Notes under the pieces: generated by a model
Databases searched by the model: none
Told to the model about the DNA's origin: nothing
Seen by the model: the letters and a program-made list of their open reading frames with translations, nothing else
Made by a program: the position numbers and the translations under genes
Origin: Lama guanicoe
Taxonomy: Eukaryota
Assembly (NCBI GenBank): GCA_013239625.1
Contig: MU053881.1
Span: 10,592,873 to 10,656,872, forward strand
Direction of reading: 5' to 3'
DNA length: 64,000 nucleotides
Part shown: positions 24,252 to 37,915 of the stretch, in pieces
How the letters are laid out: the number at the start of each line of letters is the position of its first letter
How positions within the stretch are numbered: the stretch's first letter is position 1

Positions 24252-24867
24252 TGTTAGAGCAGGCAGAGAGCTAGATATGAGCAGAGAAAGGGGGACACAG
24301 GCCAAATGACAGAAATTGGGTAGAAAGGAGGGGCACAGGCCAAACGCAGGAAACCATACATTATGGAAGCATCAGGGGTCCCTGGGCAGAGAGAAAAAGC
24401 AGGAACCTCTGGGCTGATAAGGGGTCACATCTCTGGAGGTGGGAAAAGGCAGGAATCTCCAGTGTCCGAATGTAACCTTTTCTTCATTATGCCCTCATTT
24501 CAATAAAATTAGCCTTGCAGATTGGAAGTACCCATCACGCACTGATGCCATGACACTTCCGATCATGACTAAATAAGGACAAAAATCTCTCCTCCCTTTG
24601 GGAAGGTGGAAAAATCAGGGAATATGACCTCAGACCCTTCCTTCACTAATGAATATTCCACCCATTCATTCTTACACCCTGTGTAACCAACTTGCCAAAG
24701 AAACTCAGGGCAGCTGCTCACCTGAGCCTGCCCGCTCTCCCCTTGAGAGTGTGCCATCCATTCTTTAATAAATTCTCATTTTACTTTTTCCAACCACTGC
24801 TCTCATTTCTGAACTCTTTCTGGGGCGGGACAAGAACCTGGAACACCGGTTACATCTACTGGCAACA
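24252..24867 (+). mobile_element. Solo ERV1-like LTR (~616 bp)
   Basis: TGTTAGAGCAGG...GGCAACA termini; AATAAA at ~24768 followed by U5-like CTGAACTCTTTCTGGGGCGGGACAAGAACC; TSD not evident. Confidence 0.7.
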
Positions 24868-25719
24868 GCGGTACCCATCCCATTCGTAAGCTGCAGGGTC
24901 TCCCCTGGACCCTCACAGACCCAACAATTAATTGCAGTCTATTAGCTGCTCAATTTTTCTCTCTAATTAAATAAAGCATACATATTAAGGCCAATATTTG
25001 GAATTTTGACTCCCATTTCATTTGAAATTTTGATCTAAAGCAAGGAAAGAGTGTCCTACGGTGACTCAATTGGTCAAAGTAGGGTGACAGATTAGAATGC
25101 ACTGAGAAGTCCTGCAGGTCCCAGCCTGAGCAGGTGGCCAAGTGGAGGGCAATTCTGAGCGCGTGGGGAGCCGCTAGCTCAGTGGAAGTCCTCCACACGC
25201 TTTAAAATCACCGTCTTCACCTAATAAAGCACATCTGGGGGTAAGATGTAACCAGCAGACACCTGTTCAGAACTCCTGAACTACATTTGATTTGGGGGAA
25301 TGGACCGTAATTGTTGTGGAAGATACAAATCCTCCCCAGATTCTCAGAAACTTAACAAAACACTTCCCTCTCAGATACTGTTTACCCACACCTATTCTCT
25401 GGCTCATGAGGAAGTGGTAGCAAGTTTTCTTTGAAACAGACTCTTCGTTATAACCTCAGAAGTATATAAAAAAAATTCCCCTAGCACCATACTTCTTATG
25501 GTCTTTTTTTTCTTGCTGTTTTTTCTGTTTGTTTTTTTTTTAATCAAAAATAACTCATCTCTCTCTTTCCTTCTGTCCCTCTTTCTTCACACAGTAAAGG
25601 AAGCATGAATGACTACTGGTCTTATATCCATTTTAATTTTCTTTCATTTATTTCTGATCATTTTTAACCTGTCACATAACACACAGGTAAACTGGATATT
25701 AGGCAAACGTACCATGAAA

Positions 25720-25990
25720 CAATTGGATGAAGTAAATATATCAGGAGTTTGACAGATTCAGGGTGGGGAGAGGAGATGTGTGTATAGAAGTTTATCGTTT
25801 TAAACTGAGGGAACGGGGGAGACCAGGCTGAGAAGGCGATATTTAAGGAAAGACCCGAAGACACAGAAGGAGTGAATGAACATCTTCTCCTTGCATGAAT
25901 ATTCAGATGAAGAGCATCCTGGGCCAGATGAGCCATGCAGAGCCCTAAAAAGGGGAATGGCTGGCCTGAGTAAGATGAGGAGATGTACCT
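25720..25990 (-). mobile_element. L2 fragment
   Basis: GAGAAGGCGATATTTAAGGAAAGACCCGAAG...GAAGAGCATCCTGGGCCAGA...CCATGCAGAGCCCT. Confidence 0.6.
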
Positions 25991-27509
25991 GTGTGCACAG
26001 GAGGCAAGAAGAGGTTCAACGCATCGGGAATCCACACCGATTCCTATTTCAATGCACCGTTAGCAGAGATGCTTGATAGGGTCCTGCTGGCTTCCTCTGT
26101 TTTCCCCCATTCCCATCCATCTAGTGTTTCCTCATCTCTCTACCTTATCCCTGGTCGCCCTTTCTTACATTTTCCTCTAATAAAAATCTCAAACACAGTG
26201 CCCAGGCTAAATCTTCTTTTTAAATCCTTTCAGTTTGACTTCTGTGAAGAAAAATACTACCACAGAACAATGCCTAAAAACAAACACACACATACGTAAA
26301 TCCAGCAGGACATTCTGCTAATGATACAGAAGGTAGCATCCTTCTCAGTCACACACGTGTTCGCAAATCCTTGAGGGCCTGATAAATATTTATTGTACGT
26401 GCATTGCTAAGCCACACTTGAACTCTCAGTTTGGGGTTCATTTCACATTCCTCCCTGCCGGTATCGTTTCTGTCCTCAAAATTATAAAGTTGTCAAATGA
26501 GGCGGCACCAAATTTCACTGGGGGTCGGGGGAAAGGAGGAGATTTTTATTTGATTATTCTTAAAACTTCTGGCTCATTTGTACACTATAATTTCTTTCTT
26601 GGACTCACCTGCCTCCATCTTGAACAGGAGAGAAAAAGATTCTGTGAGATTCAGACAAGCAAAGTACTTGAACAGTCATTTCACTTTTCACTCAGAATAA
26701 ATTATCTGGGTGCTTTTGAAGCTGCTTTGTTAATACCACTTCATACTGCATATTTCATGGAAAAAGAAAAGGCAAGACACTTCAGCACTGACCATTTATG
26801 ATTCTCTTCCCAATCTAGTGTCTGATACTTTCCCAGTTTGCATATAAATCTCTTTCTGTAATTAAGAAAATAATATTTCGATTCTAAGTTTTTGACTTGA
26901 GGGGAAAAAAAAACCTACTGAGTATAATCAAAACAAGTAGGTGAAAATGGCTATTTTCAATTTTATTTAAATATATACTTAGAATCTATTTTGGGAGCAT
27001 AGGGCTTAGTTTTCGCTCCTGACCCACACTGTCAAGGATATCCAAGAAGGCGGACTAGATTTCAAACTACTGATGCAGATCAAGGAAGGAGCAAATCTTA
27101 AGCTTGCAACACTGGTGGCCATGGGGGACGCGTGCAGGTGCTCAGCAGAGGGGAAGTCTTGTGATTGAAGCATCTCCCCCAAAAAGCTAAACCGATGATG
27201 ATGGAAGCATAATCAGAGAAGGGGATATCAATCAGGGGAGACAGATGAAATGAGGTGCAAAAAAAAAAAAAAGTTCTACAAAGCAGTAGAAATGAGGGCT
27301 TTAAATTTTCCAGCCTCAAATAGCAAGGACAAATTTGGGAGGAGGGGATGGGAAAGAGCAAGGGAGACAGAAAAGAAGTTAGAAGAAAGGGAGAGCTTTC
27401 AAGTTAGAGGAGAGAAAGGCAGTGGAAAGCCAGACCAAGTTGGCTCCCCTGGGCGTCTGTGACACAAAAAAGAACAGGTCTATTAAAAAGGTGTTCATAT
27501 TAAAATAGG

Positions 27510-27745
27510 TAGTGTGGCAAAGAGGTTAAAATTGCATACTGTGGATTCAAGCCCTGTTTCCATTTGGTACCAGCTAAGATCCTGGGCCAGTCCTTAACAC
27601 TGAAGTCCTCAGTTCCCTTACCATCTGTAAAATCCAATCATATGTAACTACTGGGTTACTGTCAGAATTAATAAAATAATTTCTGTAAAACACATATTAT
27701 GGTGCCTGGAATATAGGAAACAGTCTAAATAATTTACTTATTATT
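27510..27745 (+). mobile_element. MIR SINE
   Basis: GGATTCAAGCCCTG...CCTCAGTTCCCTTACCATCTGTAAAAT...GTGCCTGGAATATAGGAA. Confidence 0.75.
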
Positions 27746-29529
27746 CTTATTTCAAGCTTACAAGGTGTTTCAGGAATTGTACGCTATCACTTTCTCCAAT
27801 TCACTTTTAAAAAAAAATAAACCATTGCATTTCATATTTAACCGTACATGATAGCATTTAAATATCAACTATATAAACAGCAAACTTATTTTCTCATAGC
27901 CCTTCTTGGCAGCATCAACAGTAGGTAAACTCTAAAGAAAAGTCAGTTTCTTATTCCAGTAAGATTACTGTCCCAGCTCCCAATGTTTGGTGTCATTTTC
28001 ACCCCAATGCAACCAAAGCTCTTAAGTGAATGATGTCATTGAGCAAAATCAATTTAGATTTAGGCTATTTTGAGCCTAACAAAATCCAAACACGAGACAG
28101 AGCTTCCACCATGCTTAGACTCCTTCTTGGCTGAGTCATTCATCTCCAGGTGATATCAGTGCCACTTGAAAGATGAGTTTCAACAGATATATCTTCTTTT
28201 CTCTGCCCAAGGAAATGTAGTAATGAGATACTTTGTTCATAAGTGTTACAAACGTGAGGTTGTTTGAAATAACAACAGGAGGAGGGAAAGAGGAGGGAAG
28301 TGCTTTTTGTTTGTTTCCATTTTTCCTCAGATACGTTAGTATCCATGCGCCATCTCATCAGAAGCTAAAACAACCCAGACAATTAGAGTTCTCTGACTTT
28401 TAGAAATGGGGACCTGTAGCATGTTCTTCCTGGACCCCAAAACCCTTCATCCTTATTAACAGCAGCATATGCCTCCCGTGAGCATGTCAGAGCCTGGGTA
28501 CCACCTCCTGCTCTACCTCTGCAGGGGAACATGGCTTCCTGTATACATAATTGAGACACAAACTGTATTTTTAGGTATCAGAATGACTTTAAATGGTCAT
28601 CCACTGATGTCTTTAAGGAATGCAACAAAGAAATGCTGTATATTAAGAATAAGGCATGAATATGAATGTCCAGATTATGTATAAATGGTAATATAATCAC
28701 TCGTTAACCTTTATATTCCTTTTAGAATAAGTGTTAAATGAATAAGGCCAGGAGGAATAAACTGTCTTTTGCCCTTTCCCTCCCCTGGTGGTTTAACAGT
28801 TCAACACTCCCCCGCCATTTAAAATATATGGTTTTAATATCTTTTCTGAATGGGTTTTACACTTTAGTATAGCTCACATAATATCCAAACGCATTCTGAG
28901 TGCCCAATTCCATTGTGAGTGTTCAGTTATTGTTGTTGCTAGAAGTGACAGAAAGAAAGAAAACCCTGCTCTGCCACACTGGTCACTTTTGACACTTGAG
29001 GTGATGAGGGGGGACCCCAGACCATTTTCATCCCTTCTTGGAGCCTTGAAAGTGTCATCCACAGAAATTTCTATAGAGAATCAGAGCACTGGAGAGCCAA
29101 ATCAGAAAATGATGGAATTATTCTGGGTTAAGGGAAAGAGGGCAGAACCCTACCCACTCAGAGACTTGATTTCAAGAGAAAAATCTTAGAGCTCAGCTTG
29201 AAAAATTAAGAATCCGTTCCAGTCTTACTGGGTTAAATGGCAAAAACAGGGGTCCCAGGCAGCTCTGAGACTTGCCAGAGTGCATGAGGCACAGGTGACA
29301 GGCGAGACCGGAACAGGAGGGAGGCAGTCCGTTTTTCCCACTGCCTCATCAGGGCTCCAGGGCTCCGGGCTTTTCCTCAGCAAGCAGGTTGACTGCTTTT
29401 CTTAAATACTCGGATAGGCTTGCGTTTGTGATACCGCACTGATTTAAGCATTCTGAGGCCGCTTCTAAGAGGACATCAAATGTCCAAAAGTTAAAGTATA
29501 GATTAAAATCCCACTGTGACACTAAATCA

Positions 29530-29830
29530 TTGAACATGATGATTTATTTTTGCTATGTGCTTCGTGTTGTGTCAGACGCACAGGACTAAATCATGAGCCC
29601 CCAAGCCACCATCTCTGCCGCTCAAGAACGTGCAGTCCTGGAATTAACTTACAGAGACTGGCACTAAGTCAACATCAAAATGAACGTAAAATTACAGCTG
29701 TGAGTAGGATGACAAAGGAGTGGCGCATGACAACATAATGATGTGTGACAGGACTTTGTCTTACTCTGAGGCATCAGGGATGGTGCAGAGATACTCTGAA
29801 GCTATAGAGTTGAGGAGAACAAATTTTGTT
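29530..29830 (-). mobile_element. L2 3' fragment
   Basis: ATTTATTTTTGCTATGTGC...CTCAAGAACGTGCAGTC...CATCAGGGATGGT. Confidence 0.45.
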
Positions 29831-31043
29831 GACATGGTACAAAACAATGGAAAAACACGTAATGGTCTGGTTTCACTTAAAAATGATTCTTCAGTTTTAC
29901 GTATGTCCAAATGGAGGCTTTTGCTTCAATTTTATGGCAACATACCATAAGCATAATAGCTCGATATTCATAATGGTACACTCTTAAAATAAAGAGCCAT
30001 CTATTTCCATGATCTCACTGAAGAGAACTACACAAACACTGCATTTCCACGACCATTCCATATTCTAATGTATAATGTATGACCTATCCGAGGCACGCAA
30101 AGGCTTTCTTTTCATTAGCAGTAAACTCTTTGTATTATATCAAAGGCGAATATCTTCAATAAAAACTAAACAGAAAGAATGAAATTAGTTTCTATTGAAT
30201 AAATGGCATTGGGATAAAGTTCTTTCTACAACAGGTTATGTATATATATATATACACACGTATATATGAATGTTTAATGTTACCATTTCAGTTACTGATA
30301 ATTACATTTCACTAACAAACCAGGGAGAAGAATAATGCATACATTTCTTCTTGACAGAGAGAGAAAGAGAACATTATAAAGACTGAATGTGTGTCTTAGG
30401 AAGCATGGATATGCTGGTGGGAATGGTACCTATCACGGGCATGGTTACACGGCCTGAAATAATAAAGTGGGTGTGTCAGTAAGTAAAGTGGAATATGCTT
30501 TCGTTAAATATCCAAATAAAATGAACTATTTGACTTAAAATATTTCTGTGTTTTTTTGGAGAGTAAAAATTGATACAATGTTTTTAATGTAGGAATCATT
30601 ACTAAGTAATAAAATATTTGCAACTTAACTGCACTTGGGAAACTCCCCTGAGAATCTGGAGAACACAAAGAAGGAACGCCATGGATTGGTAACTGGTGCT
30701 GAAACATGATGAAGTATCTATAAATCCCACATTTTTTTTCTTTACAAAACATTTTAAGTTTCAAATTTGTACAAGATACAAAAATCCCTCATTTTTCAAA
30801 CGTACTATTACAAGCTTTCTCTTCTTTACAAACTCAGCACAGAGGAGGATTAGGACTTCTATGCAGGAAGCGGAATAGTGAAGCATCCATTGCACTACGA
30901 AGGAACTAAACATTGGTTGCCAGTTACCTTCCAGTTCCAGCTTATACAGAGTAGCTCTATGAGTAACAGAATATCCGCCTCATTAGGGATCCTTAAAACT
31001 CGGGGTCAGGGGAGAAGGCAAGTTTTAGGAAACCTCTCATTTT

Positions 31044-31235
31044 ATTTATTTTTAAAAATATTATTTATGTATTAAGTTTTTTGTGTGGTTTTTTGTTTGT
31101 CTTGGTTTTCGTCTTGAGGGGAGGTAATTCAGTTTATTTATTTATTTATTTAGTTTAACGGAGGTACCGGGGATTGAACCTAGGACCTCATGCATGCTAA
31201 GCACACACTCTACCACTGAACGATACCCTCCTCTC
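31044..31235 (-). mobile_element. Camelid tRNA-derived SINE (Vic-1 type)
   Basis: GAGGTACCGGGGATTGAACCTAGGACCTCATGCATGCTAAGCACACACTCTACCACTGAACGATACCCTCC; TSD AGGAAACCTCT(C/T)ATTTT at 31027-31043 and 31236-31252. Confidence 0.93.
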
Positions 31236-31959
31236 AGGAAACCTCTTATTTTAAATACAGTAGAAGTAAGTCTTCAGCTGAGGGTCTTGATATACTTTCC
31301 TTCTACTGGAAGGTCTTTGGTGCCGACATGTATCAGGCTTTGCCTGAATGTATCTCTATATTTGTCTGCTCTATTTCCACTGCATATAGAATTTGTTCTC
31401 TAAAGCTATCCCTTTTCACCCTTGTTTAATACATCAGTTTTCTTTTCAGTAAGAAAGAAGATGAATAATTGTGAGTCAGGATATTAAAATGGAGATCCCC
31501 GACTGCTTTCTGGGTGTGACTGCCGAGAGTGTTCGTGTGAAGACACATATGGGCTTCTGGTTGCTCTGTGTCCACGTCACTTCCTGGCAGTAAGTTACCA
31601 CCACGGTACTCTTGGTGGTCCCCCCTTAACTGCCAATGCTAGCACATCTTCCTGTGCATTTCACCTGCTACGGGGAAAGGACATCTGTGGAGTAATGCGA
31701 AACACTGCATGGCCATCAAAATCTAAAGATACAGTGACCTAGAGGCTCATAGTTGGTAATGTGAACTCTATTTCCACGTCTGATTCAGCCTATGGAAATT
31801 AAGTTCAGCAGAGCACTGCCTGGGTGAGTCACCTCCTTCTGCTCAGGGCAAGTTTGGGAGAGGAATCATTGTGCTAAGGACTCTACGTTCACTGAGTCCC
31901 ACTGTCTTCACAAAAACACTCTAAGAGAGATTATTATCGTGGTCTCTGGAATCCTCTCC

Positions 31960-32515
31960 TCTGTAGGGTTCTGGGCTAGGGTTGAACCCACACACAAAAA
32001 TTTATGTGAGAATCAGAAGGTGGGAAGGGAATTACAGCCATTTTTATGCTCCAAAGTTCTGTGTGGGGCCAGGTGCATTTGCAGCCTCTGCTTTTTGTCA
32101 CTGATCCACTGGCACACCTAGTTGACACGGGGCAGTATCCATGATGTGCAGCCAGCCCAGCTCCTGCCAGTCTCTTTCAGCGCCTCTGAATCTTTAGCCA
32201 GGTGTGTGCAGCAATATGCTGACAGGTACCAATTTATCCAGCAAGTCAACTGCATCGTCAAGGCTGGGGGTGGTGTGAGATCAATGTGGGTAGCAACCGA
32301 CCGTGCATATTCCAGCTTGCTCTCATGGGTTCCAGTTTGTCCTTCTCCTCTATTTCATGTCCTCTTTCCTTTTTGACTGCCTGCCCAGCTGACCAGATTT
32401 AAAACTGAAGGCAATGTTTTATACAGACTATTCCTGTAATTATAAGGTCTAATTCCTATTCATTCTTCATCCTCTCTCACTCAGAGCAGTCTGCTTCTCT
32501 AATCAAATCCTAAGT
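31960..32515. mobile_element. Old ERVL-type LTR (LTR33/LTR41-like), apparently splitting a MIR
   Basis: TATAAGGTCTAATTCCTA...TCTGCTTCTCTAATCAAATCCT resembles an old ERVL LTR end; MIR-like pieces on both sides. Confidence 0.45.
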
Positions 32516-32524
32516 TGAAATGAC

Positions 32525-32795
32525 CTGCATTTAGTAGCAAAAAAACTGTGACCTAAGACATTAAGTAACATTTCCGTGGTCACTCAACAGATTTTGTGTT
32601 TGGAGCTAGGATTTGAACCCTGGCTGAACGACCCCTAAATGTGTGCTCTTAATCTCCCCGTGGATGCTGTAGGCACATCTTACAGGATTGTCATAAGGAT
32701 AGACTATTTGTATTTAATATTTGTAAGGCACTAAACCAGTATTTGGTCCCTAGTAGGCACTGAACAAGAATTTGCTACTTTTATTAGTTATTACT
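32525..32795. mobile_element. Two MIR fragments (minus then plus)
   Basis: GGAGCTAGGATTTGAACCC...GCTCTTAA, then AGGATTGTCATAAGGAT...GTAAGGCACTAAACCAGT...TAGTAGGCACT. Confidence 0.65.
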
Positions 32796-33544
32796 ATCTG
32801 AATCCAAAGATCATGCTGTTAACCACTATACATACTCCCTCCCAGTGAGTAACTGGCTAAAGGGAAAAACGAAAAACAAAAAACTGTCTCACTTTAGTGT
32901 TCTCCAGCATTCCCCAAGGGAATCAAAATCCAACTTCGAGGATTCTCTGGTTAGAGATAATAGTCAGCCAAAGATATAATAAAAAATGAATAACATGAAT
33001 ACTTAAGGGATTTAGAAAAGATATGGAAGGTGACAGAGATTTATCTCAAGATGGGCACATGGTGATAAAAATATATTTCACTAAGGTAATCAACCGATAT
33101 CACTTGCTCGCTGTAAGTTAGGGGTAGGGTCCTTTAGAGGCCAAGAAAAGCCTAAACCACAGACACAAGCATATGGCTCTGTGATGAGCACCTTCTTTAA
33201 GCCACGTCTATCAGGCTATCTCCGAACGTATTCCTAGCTTCATTTGGAGATAATATCAGTATTTTCCTTCCAGCATTTTACTGGAGATCTAACATACACA
33301 GACACTGATCTGAAATGTGTATACTTCAATGGCTCTTCACACACTTAGACCCTCAATCTGATTAAGATACTGGACACATTACGCATACACTTAGCATTTT
33401 AGAATATGCAGTTTTGCTTTCTAATCCCGCTCTTTTATTTTGTTTAATAAACAGGAGAATTTTACTGTTAGCCAAAGAGAGATGACACCGTTCTGCTGGG
33501 TGTCATTACTGTCTTCCTCTTCATTATCATCACCTTCATAGATG

Positions 33545-33790
33545 CCACCACTTACTGACTGCTGACGGCGTGCTAGGCTCTGCTCTGTTCACGCGCATGA
33601 CTTCACTTAACGGTAACCATGGTACTTGGCCACAGGCAGTGTCACCCATTTTCACAAATTAGGAGTTTGAGGCTAAGGGAGTGTAAGCACCTTGCCTAAA
33701 GTTAGAAATTATCTGGAAGTGTCGAGTCCAGGGTAAACACACATTTTATCTGGCCCTCAAATCCCTGCTCATACCCATTAAGCTACATGG
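33545..33790 (-). mobile_element. MIR SINE
   Basis: CACTTACTGACTGCTGACGGCGTGCTAGGC...CCCATTTTCACAAATTAGGAGTTTGAGGCT...CTTGCCTAAAGT. Confidence 0.7.
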
Positions 33791-35100
33791 TGTCAGAGGA
33801 AAAAAAAGGGGGTGGGGAGAGAAGCAAAAAGAGCAAAGTCAGAAATGGAAGGAGTTGGCAGTGGAAGCAAGAGTTAGGGGAAGAAAAGGAGTAAAAGTCT
33901 TGAAAGGGAAGCATTGAAGGAGAGAAGGCAGAGCACTCCCTTCCTCAGACAACCCCACATGAAGCAGCTACAAGTCTTTAAGTGAAGACAATAGCACAGT
34001 GGGTGACGGGGTGGGGGGCACTTCATTTCTGGGACTGTGATGCAGTCATGGAGGTGGAAATCTAAAAGAAGATGCCATTTGGAAAAATTCCTTTTAGAAA
34101 TAATATCAACAGCCAGTAAAGCTAACTGAGTTTCAAGTATCTTGTGGAAACTTTAAGAGCCTAGTTTTAGACCATATATCAGCATTTTTCTCAGCATATT
34201 CAAAATAAAATAGAATTGATACATTCTTTGTGTCATGCACTATATTGTATTATTTTAAGGAACATGGACATATTTATAAGGGTTTTCATAATCCCATTTT
34301 TCTTAATTTAAAAAAATCATCAGTGACGAATGATAGACTCTCTTATTAGGGATTTGGGGAACTATTCCATGTGTGTGGAAATAAAACACATGGTATATTT
34401 TTCTCAAGGTATATTTAGAGAAGTATGAAGAAAGTGAAATGACCTTTCTAGACTCATGGTATTGTCAAAGCCTAGATATTTTAACTCACATATTTTATAT
34501 ATATGCTTTTGTATAGCCATATACAAATGCCTCCTGTTTGGAACACTCTTTCTTCAGATAAGTATTTGGTCATGTAATGTCTCCTAGGTCCACTGCTGAA
34601 ATCAAGAAAAGCCCAGTCTCTGTAATCCTGCAATTACCATACCATATCCTTTTTTTAAAATTTAAAATTATTGTGCATTTAATCCATAATCTGATGATTT
34701 TCAAATGTCTAGCTGATGTCCTCACAGAAAGTTTTCATAAATTCCTCTATTTAGGGTTGCGCAACACACGGTGAAGAAAAACAAGAGCTGGTTCTGTGGC
34801 AGAATGCAAAAGGTAATTCTTTAAAACAGACGTGATGAACACCATAATATAAATACAGATGCAAGTGCCTATCAGGACTGATAATTAGATGCATTAGACT
34901 CACATCTACATTTGGCTGCTGCACAGGGCTAAAGTTTGGGGATAGGAGCAGGATGTTGGGTGGGAGGATACCATCTCAGCTGTTGGCAATGGGAGTCTGA
35001 AACACAAGGGCAGCGACAAACAAGCAGAGAAGAAAACTGAAGTGAGCAACACTGCAGACTCAAATTGATTTGGGGGCCTTCGTAATGAAGAACAGATCCT

Positions 35101-35180
35101 CATGTATGATTGTGACATTGCGCTGTACACCAGAAATTGACACATTGTAACCGACTATGAGTCACTTGAAAAAAAAAAAA
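35101..35180 (+). mobile_element. Ultra-short L1 3' end (~80 bp with poly(A))
   Basis: CATGTATGATTGTGACATTGCGCTGTACACCAGAAATTGACAC closely matches 7391-7432; degenerate TSD AAGAACAGATCCT / AAAAAAAGATCTT. Confidence 0.85.
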
Positions 35181-35829
35181 GATCTTTTATTGGCAAAGCC
35201 TGTTACTTATGGTAGCTTTAATGGTTTTTTTTTTTAGTTTTAGTTTTTTAAACTCTTCTTGAGAGAGCAGACCTTTCCACATCTGTATATGGATGTATGT
35301 TGTAGTGTGCAGGGGTGTGTGTGGGGAGGGGGTGCTAAGAAGTAAAATGAGAGAATGAGGCTTCCTAAATTATCACAGATGGTATCCTTCATGCCAAAAC
35401 ATGAGACAACTGTCCATTTTCCTTTACTTGAGTTCATATACACATTTATTTCAAAGGTGAAAAAAAATCTCTGAATGGTGAGTCACTTTTTCTAGTAATT
35501 ACACACACATGCCCTTCCTAAAACTTACAAGAAAAAGGTGTTATAGACAAGTGGTTCTTGGCACCAAAATTAAGAAGCTTGGAAATCCTATGCTAACCAA
35601 CACCTGAACAGACTACTAGTATCTCACAAAATTATGAGTCTTTACTACAGTGTCAAAAAACAAGCGAATGGTTTGTGGGAAGGAAAAATGATCTTTCTAG
35701 GAATATATATACAGGAGATCAAGAAAGCAATTTAAACTTGTTAGTAAATATAATTAATAATATTTAATGCTATAACTATTTAAAAATATGTGCTATGTGG
35801 TATAGGCAACATCTGATATGGTCTTCAGT

Positions 35830-36462
35830 AATCTTACAACTCACCTTTCCCTGTAGTTCTCAACATGGTTATCAGGGTCATCGTTTAAAAACACTGCTTC
35901 CATTGTCTCATTCCTTTACTCAACACTGTGCAGTCACTCCCCATTTCATTCAGAGCAAGAGACAAAGAGCCTTTCACCGCCTACAAGATCTTGATTTTTG
36001 TAACCTGTCTGACATTATTTATTGACACTCTCTTCTACACTTGCTCTTCTTGGCAACAGCACCCTCCTTGCTCTTCCCTGAATACAGGCACATCGGTTGC
36101 TCGGTTAAAGTTCCTTCAAGTCTTGACTTAGCTGTTGCCTTTTCTAATGATGCCAACTCTGATGACTCTTTAAAAACATAACCCCCTTCCTCCTTACACG
36201 GGTACTCTCCACCACTCTATGCCACAGTTTTTTTCATCACGTTGAAGCATTTATCTCCATCTAACATGATACACATTTGATATGTACTTTTTTCTTGCTT
36301 ATTGTCTGATTCTCCTTTTTCCTGTTGGCCACAAATGCAGTGCTCTCCACTGATGTATTTTTTGTCCACTTTCTTAAAAAGTGTCTGGTATGTAAGCATC
36401 CCTCAGTAAACATTGCTTGAGTGAATGAATACATAAATGAATGAATGAATGAATGAATGAAT
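35830..36462 (+). mobile_element. L2 3' region with (GAAT)n tail
   Basis: GTCTGGTATGTAAGCATCCCTCAGTAAACATTGCTTGAGTGAATGAAT...(GAAT)n is the L2 terminus. Confidence 0.8.
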
Positions 36463-37049
36463 GGACAAGCCCCAAAGTAATGTGTCCTTAACATGGCTCA
36501 TTGACCTCCAAAATCAGTCTCTCCCAGTGCTCTACTCAGGTCATATGGAAATACCTGCATTCCTCTAATGACTTTCAGCCCTCGTCTCTGATTTTACACC
36601 TGCTGCTCCCTCCGCCTTTCATACTCTCACTGTCCACCCCTCTCTCCATTTCTCTGATCCCTACAGTTCTGCTCATCGAGTTGACCATGTATTGAGACGT
36701 GGCATAGATTCTGACTCTTCTGCGAAGATTTTCCTGACATCTTTCCCTGGCTCCTGTCCCTCACTAAAACTAGGTTTGACAGCCACCTGCAAATTCCAGA
36801 AGATCGCTCACTTCCCCTTAATGCTATAAAAACCAGCTAATATTTACATGATTCTGACTGTGCCAGGAACTCTGCTAACTGTTTTATGCGGATAATTTTA
36901 TTTAATCATCATAAACTTTACACTAGAAATGCACAGTAGAAATGTTTGGTGTTTCCTCAGACCAACTCGTGTCCTTTTTATAGTTTTTGTATGCCCCTTT
37001 TCACCACTTTAAATGTGGATTTGCCTTTCAAAACCCTCACCTGTGACTT

Positions 37050-37360
37050 TTCTATTAAGGTCAAACTATTAGAACCACTTTGAACCCAGTGCACAGAGTC
37101 AGAAGTTCATGGTAATTTCTTTCCCCTGGGGTAGCCCTTAGCCAACGGCTGTGGCTGAGAAGACGAGAAAAGCCCAGCTCCCTTAACTTTCGGATTGGGG
37201 TAACTCTTAGACTTACGTCCACATGCCCGAGTTCCCTGGGAGGGTCAGACTGAAGCAACCCTTTGCTGGACGTGGTCTGAAGTTGTGTTCTGGCTGTCTT
37301 CTTCTTCTCTGCACCACCCATGACTAGCACTCCACTGCTCATGGAGTAAACAATTAACAA
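37050..37360 (+). mobile_element. ERVL LTR16-like fragment
   Basis: CCCTGGGGTAGCCCTTAGCCAA...AAAAGCCCAGCTCCCTT...CCGAGTTCCCTGGGAGGGTCAGACTGAAG. Confidence 0.55.
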
Positions 37361-37744
37361 ATATGTGTTGAATTATTATGATGTGTTAATTGCACTAGCA
37401 GGCTTTCACTCTATTAGTTATGAAATTAGCTATGCTCTGGTTGAAAATATTCCAACAAAACATTAAGTAATAATTAATCAGGAAGCAAAAAACAAATAAC
37501 AAAGATGACATTAAACGAAGCCGCATTCCTGACCAGTCTCCAAAATTCCACAGAACTGACCTATGAAAGACACTATTCTCTCAAATACGAGGAATGAAAC
37601 AGTACATTTTGGGGGATAAGGAATAAGATCCCCCTACCACAGGTAGTTCTTTATTTCCTCCTTCAGAGTTTCTCAATGGATTTTAAAAAAATCTCTTTAG
37701 AAAAAAATAGTCTTCTGTGCCCATCTCTCTTCAGTCTCCTCTGT

Positions 37745-37915
37745 GTGGCAACACAGTAGTCATAAGACTAAGTGTTTATACATATTGTCTCACTGAATCC
37801 CCATAAATGTCCTCGTACGCAGGTACTACTGATACGTTCATTCCGCAGAGAGGAAAGCAGAAGTGTAGTGAGAGTAAGTAACCTGGCAACATTTACACCA
37901 ATGCTACTGCAAGTA
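37745..37915 (-). mobile_element. MIR fragment
   Basis: TTTATACATATTGTCTCACTGAATCCCCA...GCAGAGAGGAAAGCAGA...GTAAGTAACCTGGC. Confidence 0.65.
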
